A stretch of DNA of 64,000 nucleotides, from the NCBI GenBank assembly GCA_965222375.1, contig CBDCTZ010000016.1, positions 3,040,001-3,104,000 on the forward strand. The letters run 5' to 3'. Below, one piece after another: positions 39,757 through 49,883 of this stretch; the first letter of the stretch is position 1; each line of letters opens with the position of its first letter. The DNA is from Polyangiaceae bacterium (GTDB lineage Bacteria; Myxococcota_A; Polyangia; Polyangiales; Polyangiaceae). Position numbers and translations under genes: made by a program. The notes under the pieces were generated by a model. The model saw only the letters and a list, made by a program, of their open reading frames with translations, did not search any database and had not been told where the DNA came from.

Positions 39757-41196
39757 CTAGCGCCGGCTTGGACGCACTCGCGACTTCTTGGGCTTGGGCG
39801 CGGCCTGTTGGATGATTTCCACGAAGCTCCGGCCGAGTTGCACGCCAAACTGATCCTGCACCTCGACCCGTAGCACCCATGGGCCGCGACCGCTGCGTGG
39901 CTTCACGCTCACGACGTAGCTGTCACCGTGTTGTTCCGGGATGGCCTCGATCTCCTCGATTCCGAGGGAAACGCGGATCTTGGGGCTGATTCCATCCAGT
40001 GCTTGGGGCCGCTTGGCGCGGAGTCTCACTCGCGCGCGGACGGCGTGGCGCGGCCACTTCGGGTTCTTCGGCGCGAACTCGATTTCGGCGCGAATCCCCC
40101 GCGGCTCGATTTCGGCGCGTGCCACCGAGAGCGTCCCCGGGACTTTGAAGAACACGGACGTGCCCTGGGGCTGCCGCAGCGTGACTGCACCTGTAGAGCG
40201 TCGGAAACGCCCATCCCGCCCTGTGGCGACGTCCAAGCCATCCAGCGGAGAAAAGCGTACGGTTTGCCCCTGCCCGATCAGCACGACGCCTTGCTCATCG
40301 ACGCGCCCGCCAGCGGGAAGCTCGGCGCCGACCACGGTTATGCGTGTCGGGGCGGCGGAGTGGCCGGGCAGGCCGCTGGGCTCGACGGCGCGAACGCGCA
40401 CGGTGTAGTGGCCTGGGGGCAGTGGACCGATGGGCGCCGCCAAGGGTGTGCCGCGCACGGTGGTCACGATCGGGTGCTTCAAGTTGCTGCCGCGGACATC
40501 GACCAAGTAGGCCGCGGCCTTGGCCACTGGTGTCCACCGGAGGCCGGTCAGCCGTGCGCCATTGGATGGGGCGAAGACGACATGGCTGTCAAGGGATACT
40601 CGAGGGGCCGGGAGGAGCGCACGGGTCGTCGTGGTGCGGTCCGGGGCCAACTCGAGAGCCTGAGATCGTGCCAGCTTGCTGTACGCGCCACGCGTGGCCG
40701 TGATCACGTCGCCACCCAGAGATGCAACTGCGGAGCTCTGCTTGGTCGAAGCGAAGGCCATGCTGCCTCGTTTCACGATGGCGTTGAGTCTGCCGCGCCC
40801 TGAGACCAGCACGGCGCTTCTACCTTCTCCGACGTCGGCTTGCACCAGGCCACGGATCAGCACGACGGTGTAGGTTGGTGTTCGCTTCGGAGGCTCCAGC
40901 ATCAGCCCTTGGGGCTTGTTGAAAATGCGCAGCTGGGCGCCGGCTCCGGCCTCGATGCGCCCGCCCTTGGGCAGCGACCATGTCGCGCCATCGGTTCCAG
41001 CTTGAAACAGCCCGCTGGCGTTCTTGCCGCCTCCTCGGATCAGTTTGGGCTTGGTGCGCTTGGGTGAGGCATCGCCGGGGCGCGCCATCACTCCGACGAG
41101 GGCAACAATGAGCAGGGCAATCCAGTGGCGTGAGCACATGCATAGGTCTGAACGGCCGTATCCCTGGGACCTTGAGCCCCTGGGCCGAAGCGGCAA
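39757..41196 (-). CDS. hypothetical exported beta-rich protein (FN3-like segment)
   Basis: Signal-like hydrophobic stretch; LRWTPV..Y..LPPGHYTVRVRAV; true start probably ~41140. Confidence 0.6.
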   Translation of the reverse strand: MPLRPRGSRSQGYGRSDLCMCSRHWIALLIVALVGVMARPGDASPKRTKPKLIRGGGKNASGLFQAGTDGATWSLPKGGRIEAGAGAQLRIFNKPQGLMLEPPKRTPTYTVVLIRGLVQADVGEGRSAVLVSGRGRLNAIVKRGSMAFASTKQSSAVASLGGDVITATRGAYSKLARSQALELAPDRTTTTRALLPAPRVSLDSHVVFAPSNGARLTGLRWTPVAKAAAYLVDVRGSNLKHPIVTTVRGTPLAAPIGPLPPGHYTVRVRAVEPSGLPGHSAAPTRITVVGAELPAGGRVDEQGVVLIGQGQTVRFSPLDGLDVATGRDGRFRRSTGAVTLRQPQGTSVFFKVPGTLSVARAEIEPRGIRAEIEFAPKNPKWPRHAVRARVRLRAKRPQALDGISPKIRVSLGIEEIEAIPEQHGDSYVVSVKPRSGRGPWVLRVEVQDQFGVQLGRSFVEIIQQAAPKPKKSRVRPSRR

Positions 41197-41269
41197 AAAT
41201 GCGGCAAATCTTCGCTCGCGGATAAGCGTCTAACAACCAGGCCCCCAGCGGCGTTATGAGTATGTAGCC

Positions 41270-43027
41270 ATGTTTCCCTGTCCCGCATGCCAGCAAGAAA
41301 ACAGCGAAAACGCTCGTTTTTGTCAGGCCTGTGGCGCGCCCATGCCCGATCCCCATGCGGACCCGGGAGGACTGATTGGGCAGATTCTTGGCGGCCGCTA
41401 CCGGATCACTCGGGTCATCGCCGAGGGTGGCATGGGCGTCGTCTACGAGGCTGAGCAGAAGATGGGCGACAATGTCCGCCGGTTGGCGGTCAAGGCGCTG
41501 CTGCCGGCGCTGAGCCAAGACGCCAGCATCGCCAAACGCTTCCACCGCGAATCGGGATTGATCGCCCAACTGGAGCACCCGAACACGATTCGAGTCTACG
41601 ACTTCGGGGCGACTCCGGATGGGCGGCTCTACATCGCGATGGAGTTGATCGACGGCCAGCCGCTGACCCAAGTCATTGATGAAGGGTCCATTCCCTTCGA
41701 CCGCGCGATCGGAATCCTGAAGCAGATCACCGGCGCTCTGGGGGAAGCGCATCGCTTGGGCATCGTGCACCGGGATTTGAAGCCGGACAACGTTATCCTG
41801 ACGGAACGGGGCGGAGAGCCGGACTTCGTCAAATTGCTGGATTTCGGTATTGCAAAGCGAACCGGCACCTCCGGTGAGCATCGCACGAAGATCACTCAAG
41901 CAGGCATGGTGCTCGGGACTCCGCCCTACATGAGTCCAGAGCAATTGGCGGGCGAAGAAGTGGATGCGCGAAGTGACATCTACTCATTGGGCGTGCTGGC
42001 CTACGAGATGATCACGGGGCGTCTGCCTTTCGATGCGGATACCCCCTGGGAGTGGGCGAGTAAGCACATGACGGAGGTGCCTGCCTCCCCGCGTACCGTC
42101 ACGGACGCGCCCATCCCCGAGCGCGCGGAGCGGGCCATCCTGCATGCACTGGCTAAACGTCGAGAGGATCGACCTCGAGACACGGCGCAGTTCTTTGCGG
42201 AGCTCAGTGGTACTGCGCCTCGAGTGGCCACCGCACGCACCCAACTTGCGGCCGTGGTGGCCCCTCCAATGGCGACCCCCATCCGTACCGAGTCCGCGGT
42301 GGCGCGGCCGGTGCTGGTGCCCCCGCCGCGACCTCCGTCTCGGATGGGTTGGGTCCTAGCGGCCACCGGGATCGCCGTGGGGGCTGGATTGAGCGCTTTC
42401 GCGGTGTGGCAGATCCAGCACGACCCAGAGCCGCCGCGTCCGCAGCTCGTCGCCTCGGTGCCCGCCACCGCAACCATAGAACCCCTGGTTGAAGCCGAGT
42501 TTCTCACGGAAGCGCCCGCAACCCCCAATCCATCACTGCCACAGCAGCCGTTGACTTCTGCCAAGCAGCGCCCCCCGAAGAGGCCACCTAAATCCACGCC
42601 GCCGAGGGTCACGCCGCCAACCACGCCGCCCGTCGTGACGCCACCACCAGCGACGACCCAGCCGCCGGTGGTGCCGCCGCCAGCAACGACCACTCCGCCG
42701 GTCCTGCCGCCCGCACCGCGCACGCCCCCGAAGCCGCCCTCGGGTCCGCAGGGTGATGCCGCCTGCGACCGGGCCCAGTCGGCCGCGCGGGCCGGGAATA
42801 TCGAAGGTGCCGCTTCCCTGTATCATCGCTGCAAGGCGACGGGCGGGAGCGCTAGTGCCTTGGCCGGCGTGAGACGCCGGGTTCGAGATGCGGCTCCCAA
42901 GGAGGTCCGGCGTCGGGCATTCTTGGGGGACTGTGCGGGTGCCAAGCGCGCAGTCAATGCCGCGTCGAGCGTCGGCGAAGGCGCCAGTGCCCGCCGTGGA
43001 CTTTCCGGAACGACCTGCAGCGGCTGA
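41270..43027 (+). CDS. Hanks-type Ser/Thr protein kinase with zinc ribbon, TM and Pro-rich region
   Basis: CPAC..FCQACG, AEGGMGVVY, HRDLKPDN, DFGIAK, GTPPYMSPEQ. Confidence 0.95.
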   Translation: MFPCPACQQENSENARFCQACGAPMPDPHADPGGLIGQILGGRYRITRVIAEGGMGVVYEAEQKMGDNVRRLAVKALLPALSQDASIAKRFHRESGLIAQLEHPNTIRVYDFGATPDGRLYIAMELIDGQPLTQVIDEGSIPFDRAIGILKQITGALGEAHRLGIVHRDLKPDNVILTERGGEPDFVKLLDFGIAKRTGTSGEHRTKITQAGMVLGTPPYMSPEQLAGEEVDARSDIYSLGVLAYEMITGRLPFDADTPWEWASKHMTEVPASPRTVTDAPIPERAERAILHALAKRREDRPRDTAQFFAELSGTAPRVATARTQLAAVVAPPMATPIRTESAVARPVLVPPPRPPSRMGWVLAATGIAVGAGLSAFAVWQIQHDPEPPRPQLVASVPATATIEPLVEAEFLTEAPATPNPSLPQQPLTSAKQRPPKRPPKSTPPRVTPPTTPPVVTPPPATTQPPVVPPPATTTPPVLPPAPRTPPKPPSGPQGDAACDRAQSAARAGNIEGAASLYHRCKATGGSASALAGVRRRVRDAAPKEVRRRAFLGDCAGAKRAVNAASSVGEGASARRGLSGTTCSG

Positions 43028-43030
43028 GGT

Positions 43031-43231
43031 TCAGAGGAACCAGACGCCGAGCACGAGCACGAGACATGCTACCGCCACGGACGCCATGGCGGCCATTTCC
43101 CAGGGGCCGGTCCGGGGATCCGAGAAACGCAATTCGATGGAAGCGAACCGGCTTGCTTCGCGGTGACGCTGGCCACTGAGCGCCAGGTTGGCGGCGCGCA
43201 GAGCGGAGTCCATCGGCTGTGGCTCTTCCAT
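43031..43231 (-). CDS. possible small membrane protein
   Basis: Fills an intergenic gap; single C-terminal hydrophobic helix. Confidence 0.35.
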   Translation of the reverse strand: MEEPQPMDSALRAANLALSGQRHREASRFASIELRFSDPRTGPWEMAAMASVAVACLVLVLGVWFL

Positions 43232-43347
43232 GTGGGAACACTGTTTTCCATGGACGGCGCGGCGGGGGAAGACCCCTTCCAGGTCCGATTTTACAACCCC
43301 TGCAATTCCATGGTGTTAGTCGCGCTGTTGGCCGGTTTGCCTGGCGC

Positions 43348-46300
43348 TCAGTAGAAGCGCGCCTTGCCCTTCTCTTCCCACCACTCGGTGTACTTGCGCT
43401 GCACCCGGGCGCGTTCCTTCTTGGGAAGGTCTTCGTAGTAGCCGAAATACTCTTTGGTGATGGCCTTGAGCTCTTCGCCTGCGGCGCGGCGAATGTTCGT
43501 GTCTTCGTGCATGAGTGACGTGATCAACCATTCGACGCGGTGTTCGGAGGAGTGCTTGGCCCACCAAACACTCCAAGCCTTCGAGTCCTGGTCGAACCCC
43601 TGGCGCGCCAGAATGGATAGCGCCCATGCCGCGGACTTGACCAGGGATTGAGAGTCGTTTTTCAAGAGGGGGATCAGTCGCGGAACCGCGCGGCCGTCCC
43701 GGATGTCCGCCAGGGCCTCGACGGCCGCCTCTCGGTTTTCTTGTGGTTGCTCGGGGTCAGAAGCCAGGGTTGCGAGCCCATCCCGAAGCGCGGTTCTCGC
43801 GTCCAGATCTCGTTGCAGCATCCGGCCCGCGGCGACCGCCGCCTTTCGCACGTCCGCATCTTCGTCGCTAGCACGTCGCACGATGGCGCGGGCGCCATCG
43901 CAGCTCGGGATCTCGCCCAGCAGCCAGGTCGCCCATCGACGCGTCTTCGGGTCGCCGTCGGCGGTTCGAACGATCAAGTACTGGCCAGCCTTGTCTCCGA
44001 TTCGGGCGAGGGTCCGCAGGATTGGTCCGCAATCTGACGCTCGGGTCGAGTTTTCTCCGAAGCGGTGTGCGACCTCTCCGTGAATAGGGCCGGGGAAGCG
44101 CGCAACTAGCACCAAAACGGCCGGTTCGCCCATTTCCACCAGGCGGTCCCCGGCGGCTTCATCGCCGTTTTCCAGGCGATCCACCAAATGCTGACAGTCT
44201 GCCTCGAGATCGATGATCACCGAGGGCAGCCGGATCCCAGGCGAGCTGTGCCGTTTCCGAGGACGCAGCGGCCCATAGGCGACTTTGCGGGATGACGGAG
44301 CTAGCGGCACTTCCCGGGAATCGATCTGCTGTGTGACCGCCGAGTCGGAATCTGCCCGCTTGTACTCCCGGGCCAGCTCCTCGGGATCGACCTCGTCTTC
44401 GCCCACCAGTTCCAATCGGGGAGAGCTATCGGAAGTTGGAGGCGGGGAGGGTAGTGGCTCGCCTCGGCCCAGGCCTCGCGCGGTGTCCACGTTGATCTGG
44501 GGTGTTTCGTCGTCGGAACCGTCGGTCTCATCCCAAGCATCTTCCTCGGGAAGTTCCTCGGTCGCTGGCGGCGAGGAGATGGGCCGCCGGGTCAAAGGAA
44601 ACGGTTTGGCCTCGCCTTCTGCGGTCGGCGTGCCATGGGGTGGCGTGTGCTTGTTGGCCCCTACGCGCACCATCGGCCGGCTCGGGATCGAGCTTGCGCG
44701 CGCCTTGGGGCGGGGCGCTTCAACGGCCGTGCTTGGGGGCTCATCGGACTTGCGAGCGCCTGGTGAGGCCGCGACGGTCGCGGGGGCCTGTTCCACCACC
44801 GCAAAAGGCGCGGACTTGGGTGGTTCGGAGCGCAGAGCGCCCGGGGACGCTTGATCCGTGCTTGGGGGGGCGTCGCTGCGTTTGCGCGCTTGAGGCGAGG
44901 CTTCGTCGGTGCTTGGAGCTTCGGTGGGCGGGGGCGCGTCTCTGGGTGGGGGCGCGTCCTTGGGCGACGGCGCGTCTTTGGGCGGTGGCGCTTCGCTGGG
45001 CGGAGGTGCCCCGAAAGCTCGGGCCAAGGCGTCTCGCCGTTGATCAGCGCTAGCGATGGTGTGGCGGCGCCGTGCGGGTGGGGAAATCGGCGTGGGCATG
45101 GCTCCGTCGGCGAGTTCGCCGCGCGCGCGCATCTTCCGCAGCATGATCACGCGTTCCAGTGCGGCGGCTGCCAGGGGTGCGAAGGACAGCACGTCGCCGA
45201 TGTCGTCCAGCCCTACGTCTGCGGCGCCCAGATCTCCGTACAGGAGCAGCACGCAGCGACCGCGAACCACGACCGGGACGATGGCTACCATCGCGCCCGA
45301 GCGCCGCTCCAAGTCCTTGGCCAAGCTGGCGTCCAAGCCGTCGCGCTCGAGACGCAAAAGTTGCCAGGTGGCCGCGGCCCGGGTCGTGCTGAGCACTCCC
45401 GGCAGATCCAAGGGCACGCCAATCCCGCGGATCCTCGAGCGATCGGTACCCGGGCCGTCCGCATCTCGGCCTTCCGCGAGATCCGAGTGCACGGCAAAGA
45501 GCGCCGAATACTCGAAGAATTGCGACGCGAAATCGAAGAATGCCCCGAGAACGTCGTCTCGGCTCTCGGCCTCCATCAGGTCCGCCTCGGCCATCGCCGC
45601 GGTGTATGGCCCACGGTGGCGTTTGCGGCCGCGAGCACGTTGACCACTCCGCTTCGGCTCGGAGGGTTTGTCTTCCGGCTGCGGTGCGGAGGGGCTTTGA
45701 CGTGGAGAAATCAGGGTGCGCAGCTCGCTACTCTGACCGCGCCCGGACATTTCCACAGGGGGTGAGCTACGTTCTACTGGCGCGCCGTCCCTCGCATCTC
45801 GTGGCGTGATGAGCGTGGTGGGATAGGGCATGGGCGGAACGCTCGCCGGGCGGGGCAGTGCTGGGATGGAGTCGGCGTTGCGGAAGGCAGCCGGAATGGA
45901 GCTGGGGCTCGGATCAGGTCGGCCTTCGAGCTTCGCGACCAAGCGCAGGGTGCGTCGGTCCATGGGAAGATCGTAGTCCCGCGAAACGGCCTGGCGGATG
46001 CGAACCAGGGGTGCGGCTCGCTGCGCCAGGGTCGCGCCCAGCGAAAAGCTGAGGTCTTGCTCGATCTCTGGTGGCAAGGGTTCGCTCACAGCGATTACGA
46101 GCTCGCCATCGCGCTCCCCCAAGGGGTAGAAGCCATGCCGCAGCGCCAGGTCGCCGGGTACGATTTCGAGGGTGGTTGCTGACGCCCGAGGCAACTCTCC
46201 AACGGGTGCAGGAAGTAGTTCGTGGCTCTCGGCCAACAACGTCGTCAGTGCGCCTTCACTGACCGCCGCGAGCTCGAGCAGATTCGTGGCGAGGTCACCG

Positions 46301-46389
46301 CCGTAGAGGACTTGGCGAGCCAATGCCTCCTCGACGTCGCGCATGCTCGCGAGTTTCTGCTTGACGATGCTCGAGCTGAGAGTAGGCAT
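43348..46389 (-). CDS. MshEN/GspE-N-terminal domain, GAF-like region, low-complexity linker and HEAT-repeat protein (FrgA-like)
   Basis: VEEALARQVLYGGDLATNLLEL, LVIAVSEP; C-terminal HEAT-like repeats. Confidence 0.7.
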   Translation of the reverse strand: MPTLSSSIVKQKLASMRDVEEALARQVLYGGDLATNLLELAAVSEGALTTLLAESHELLPAPVGELPRASATTLEIVPGDLALRHGFYPLGERDGELVIAVSEPLPPEIEQDLSFSLGATLAQRAAPLVRIRQAVSRDYDLPMDRRTLRLVAKLEGRPDPSPSSIPAAFRNADSIPALPRPASVPPMPYPTTLITPRDARDGAPVERSSPPVEMSGRGQSSELRTLISPRQSPSAPQPEDKPSEPKRSGQRARGRKRHRGPYTAAMAEADLMEAESRDDVLGAFFDFASQFFEYSALFAVHSDLAEGRDADGPGTDRSRIRGIGVPLDLPGVLSTTRAAATWQLLRLERDGLDASLAKDLERRSGAMVAIVPVVVRGRCVLLLYGDLGAADVGLDDIGDVLSFAPLAAAALERVIMLRKMRARGELADGAMPTPISPPARRRHTIASADQRRDALARAFGAPPPSEAPPPKDAPSPKDAPPPRDAPPPTEAPSTDEASPQARKRSDAPPSTDQASPGALRSEPPKSAPFAVVEQAPATVAASPGARKSDEPPSTAVEAPRPKARASSIPSRPMVRVGANKHTPPHGTPTAEGEAKPFPLTRRPISSPPATEELPEEDAWDETDGSDDETPQINVDTARGLGRGEPLPSPPPTSDSSPRLELVGEDEVDPEELAREYKRADSDSAVTQQIDSREVPLAPSSRKVAYGPLRPRKRHSSPGIRLPSVIIDLEADCQHLVDRLENGDEAAGDRLVEMGEPAVLVLVARFPGPIHGEVAHRFGENSTRASDCGPILRTLARIGDKAGQYLIVRTADGDPKTRRWATWLLGEIPSCDGARAIVRRASDEDADVRKAAVAAGRMLQRDLDARTALRDGLATLASDPEQPQENREAAVEALADIRDGRAVPRLIPLLKNDSQSLVKSAAWALSILARQGFDQDSKAWSVWWAKHSSEHRVEWLITSLMHEDTNIRRAAGEELKAITKEYFGYYEDLPKKERARVQRKYTEWWEEKGKARFY

Positions 46390-46501
46390 GTCCGCTGGGT
46401 GCCGGGACCCCAAATACCCCAGCGACCACGGGAATTGTCCTTTCGCGCCCAGGGATGTCAACGAAAGTCGGGCTCTTGGGCAGGAGCCCCAGGTTTACCC
46501 G

Positions 46502-47881
46502 CTATCCGGGTGCCATCGCAGCCGCCAAGTCCGTCAAAAGCCAGCGCGCCAGGGTTAGATAAATGAGGATGCCCAGCACGTCGACCAGAGTGGCGATGAA
46601 CGGCGTGGAACTCGTAGCCGGGTCCACGCCCAGCCGATGCAGCAGCAGAGGCATCATTCCGCCCACAACGCAGCCCATGACGACGATTGCCACGATGGTT
46701 ATGGCAATTAGCCCCGCGAAGGACCAGGTGCCGCCAGCCATGGCGACTCGGATCACTCCCAGCAGCGCTAGCAGGACTCCGAGCAGCAGGCCCTGGCTGA
46801 GTTCTCGGCCTAGAACCCTCCACCAGTCGCGGGCGGCGATATCCCCGACAGCCAGTCCGCGTATGACCAGAGTCGACGACTGGGAGCCGGAGTTTCCGCC
46901 GGCCGCGATGAGAAGGGGCACGTAGACGGCTAGCTCCGCAACTGCCGCCAGGATGGTGCCGTAAGCCTCCATCGCTGTGGTCGTGAAGTAGCCGCCAATG
47001 AACAGAATGACGAGCCAAGGTGCACGTTTGCGGATGTACTCCAGAAACGAGGCGTCGAAGTAGCCTTCCCGGATCGGCTCGATGGCGCCCATCTTCTGGA
47101 CGTCTTCAGCTTGCTCTTCGCTGATCACGTCCAAGATGTCGTCGGAGGTGATCACTCCTAGCAGCTCGCCTTTCTCGCTGACGACCGGCAAGGTGTTGAA
47201 GTCGTACTTCGCCAGTTTCTGGGCGACCTCTTCCTGGTCCATTTCCGGCGGCACGGAAATGATGTTCGTCTGCATCACGTCCAGGACTCGCTCCGTCGGC
47301 TCAGCGAGCAGCAGGATCCGCAGCGTCAAATAGCCCAGCAACTGATCGTCCTCGCCGACGACGTAGATGGAATCCAGCGTTTCCGCCTCCTGGGCAGCGC
47401 GGCGCACTTCTTCAATGGCGTCGGCGATGCGCAGATGGGGTGGCACTGCAGCGAAGTCTGGCGTCATCAGCCCGCCGGCAGAACTGTCCGGATAGCGGGA
47501 GAGCTCCTCGACCTCTTCGGCGACCTCTGGATCGACCTTTTCCAGGGTCTCCAGGATCGGTGCCACGATGTCCGGTGGCAGCATGCTGACGAAATCCGCC
47601 GCTTCGTCCTTGTCCATTTCGGACACCAGCTGAGCGGTTTGATCCGTGCCCAGGCGGTGGGTCAGGTTCTCCTGGCGGTCTTCGTCCAGGCGCTCGAAGA
47701 CCTGGGCGGCATAGTCTTTCGGAAGCTCGGTGAGGAGCTCCGTCGCCTTGGCGTCATCGAGCTCGGCGACAATGTCTGCGAAGTCCTCCGGATGGATTTC
47801 TTCCAGCAGCTCGCGGACCTCTCCCGGGCTCTCTCGCAGGAGCGCCTCCAGTTCCGGACCGATGAGCCGCGCCAGCCGCAT
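46502..47881 (-). CDS. mgtE: magnesium transporter MgtE
   Basis: HPEDFA, SAGGLMT CBS pair, RAPWL, GGNSGSQ, VDPATSSTPFIATLVDV. Confidence 0.95.
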   Translation of the reverse strand: MRLARLIGPELEALLRESPGEVRELLEEIHPEDFADIVAELDDAKATELLTELPKDYAAQVFERLDEDRQENLTHRLGTDQTAQLVSEMDKDEAADFVSMLPPDIVAPILETLEKVDPEVAEEVEELSRYPDSSAGGLMTPDFAAVPPHLRIADAIEEVRRAAQEAETLDSIYVVGEDDQLLGYLTLRILLLAEPTERVLDVMQTNIISVPPEMDQEEVAQKLAKYDFNTLPVVSEKGELLGVITSDDILDVISEEQAEDVQKMGAIEPIREGYFDASFLEYIRKRAPWLVILFIGGYFTTTAMEAYGTILAAVAELAVYVPLLIAAGGNSGSQSSTLVIRGLAVGDIAARDWWRVLGRELSQGLLLGVLLALLGVIRVAMAGGTWSFAGLIAITIVAIVVMGCVVGGMMPLLLHRLGVDPATSSTPFIATLVDVLGILIYLTLARWLLTDLAAAMAPG

Positions 47882-47963
47882 CGGCGCCGCCTTAGCAGAG
47901 CTTCCGCCTCCCGTGCAATGCAAGAGGTGGGTTTTCCGAGGCGAGCGCGCTAAGAACAGCGAC

Positions 47964-48728
47964 ATGTCGGTGCACGTGCATGACTTGACCCCCGTCGCCG
48001 GCCTCGTCCTCGATCGCCCGAAAGCCAACGCTTTCGACGTCGACCAACTGGCGGCACTGACCAATGGCCTGGAGCAGGTGGCACGGATCGAAGGGTTGCG
48101 TGCCGTCGTGCTCAGTGCAAAAGGCGATGTCGCATTCAGTGCAGGCGCAGACCTTGGGGCCACTGGGCCGTTGGCAGAACCCGGGGGCATTGCGCGATGG
48201 ACGGGCAACGCTCGCGCGCTTCTCGATCGGATCGCGGACTTCCCAGTACCGATCGTCGCATCGATTCGGCGCCCCGCGGCGGGTGGGGGCTTCGAACTCG
48301 CACTAGCTTGCCAGTTTCGAGTGATGGCAACGGACGCGCATCTGTCCTTGCCCGAGATCGACCGCGGCTATCTACCGAGTTGGGGCGCCGTGGAGCGTCT
48401 CTTGCCGCTGATCGGCTCTGCCCGGGTCCTCGACCTGCTCGTGACCGGTCGGCGCATTGCTGCCGAGGAGGCTCACGCCCTCGGCTTGGTGCACCGGGTC
48501 GCTGAAGACTCGGATGCGGCGGCCCGCCTCTTGGCGGAAGACATCGCCCGGAAGCCTCCCCTCGCGGTGCAGGCGGCGCTCGGCCAAGTCGGTGTGGGAT
48601 GTGCGAGTGTTGCGGAGCTGCGAACTCGAGAGCTCTCGGATCTGGAGCGCCTCGTTCGCAGCGAAGATACCGTCGAGGGCGTGCTCGCCTTCTTCGAGAA
48701 GCGGGCGCCCGCTTTCAAGGGCCGCTGA
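47964..48728 (+). CDS. enoyl-CoA hydratase/isomerase
   Basis: FSAGADL, GGGFELALAC, LPEIDRGYLP, EGVLAFFEKRAP. Confidence 0.9.
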   Translation: MSVHVHDLTPVAGLVLDRPKANAFDVDQLAALTNGLEQVARIEGLRAVVLSAKGDVAFSAGADLGATGPLAEPGGIARWTGNARALLDRIADFPVPIVASIRRPAAGGGFELALACQFRVMATDAHLSLPEIDRGYLPSWGAVERLLPLIGSARVLDLLVTGRRIAAEEAHALGLVHRVAEDSDAAARLLAEDIARKPPLAVQAALGQVGVGCASVAELRTRELSDLERLVRSEDTVEGVLAFFEKRAPAFKGR

Positions 48729-48746
48729 GCGGGCGATCGCGCCGAC

Positions 48747-49745
48747 TCAAGGGCAGTCGCCGTTGATCTTGAAAGCGGAAGCTGAAAAGTCCCCTTCGAG
48801 AATCCACGCATCGTTGCAGTTGGCATCAGCAGGTGAGTTCGTTGCCGCGCACCAGTCCCCCGCGGGACGCTCTCCTGCGATCCATTTGTCGCTGCTTTCG
48901 CAGTCCTTCTTCGGCCCGTTCCATTGAGTAATGCCCGCCAGAAACACACACAAGGTCGTGCCCAGATCCTCGATGAACACCTTGTCGGCCTCGTCCACGC
49001 GGATGTAGCCCTTCAAGTTCGCGGCCGTAGTGAAGGGGCGCTCGCCGGCGCCGAAGTCCCCACGGCAGGCCAGGCCAGGAGAGAGCGTGTCGCCGTTGTG
49101 CTTGCCAATGCAGTTGTGGGAGTCGTCGCTGAATTTCCCTTTGAGCACGACCTTGTGAAGGGGCAGCAGGATCGGGTTGGTCGTCTTGTCTGGCGCATCG
49201 AAGATGGGTACCACCACGTCGATATCCGACGCCGTGAAGCCCAGACCATCTGCGTCGTAGTTCACGTCGACTTCGATCGGCGCGATGGGTAGCGCCGTCG
49301 TGGTCATGGTCAAGAAGCACCCGCCGGCTTTGGGGTCCTTCACAGGCAAGCTACCCCCGGTCTTGAGCTTTCCGGTCGTTCGATTGAATTCGAATAGCCA
49401 CGAGAAGGTGCCTTCGCCCTGTTCGAAGCACTCGGGTTGGTTCAAGAACAGTCCGCGATCCAAGATCGCGTCGTGAATGAACTTCGTCGACAGGACCGAT
49501 GGGGCCTTCACGGTGATCTGATTGATCCGCCCCTGCCAAATGTCGGAGCCTGTGTTGTCGTGCTTCGCCAGGCACTCGGCACCTGGCCCCGTTGGTCCGG
49601 CCACGTAGCAGAGATCACTCTTAGGCACGCAGCTGCCCGTGACGCCGCCGGATCCACCCTTCTCGCCTTCGTCACCGTCACCTCCACAGGCTGCGAGTGA
49701 AAGCGACAGCCCAAACAAGCCAATCAAGAATGCACCGAAACGCAT
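48747..49745 (-). CDS. hypothetical lipoprotein
   Basis: LAAC lipobox, Gly linker, dispersed Cys. Confidence 0.75.
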   Translation of the reverse strand: MRFGAFLIGLFGLSLSLAACGGDGDEGEKGGSGGVTGSCVPKSDLCYVAGPTGPGAECLAKHDNTGSDIWQGRINQITVKAPSVLSTKFIHDAILDRGLFLNQPECFEQGEGTFSWLFEFNRTTGKLKTGGSLPVKDPKAGGCFLTMTTTALPIAPIEVDVNYDADGLGFTASDIDVVVPIFDAPDKTTNPILLPLHKVVLKGKFSDDSHNCIGKHNGDTLSPGLACRGDFGAGERPFTTAANLKGYIRVDEADKVFIEDLGTTLCVFLAGITQWNGPKKDCESSDKWIAGERPAGDWCAATNSPADANCNDAWILEGDFSASAFKINGDCP

Positions 49746-49883
49746 GAAACCTCCGCGAGCCGCGCAGTCTAGCACGGAAGCCTTTCATGCCGTCTGCGCG
49801 GGCTCCGCGAGCCGCGCGGGTTTGGACTAGGTTCTTGGTGATTTGCCCTCGCCCCGTCTAGGCTCAGGCGGGGTGATTCTTCA

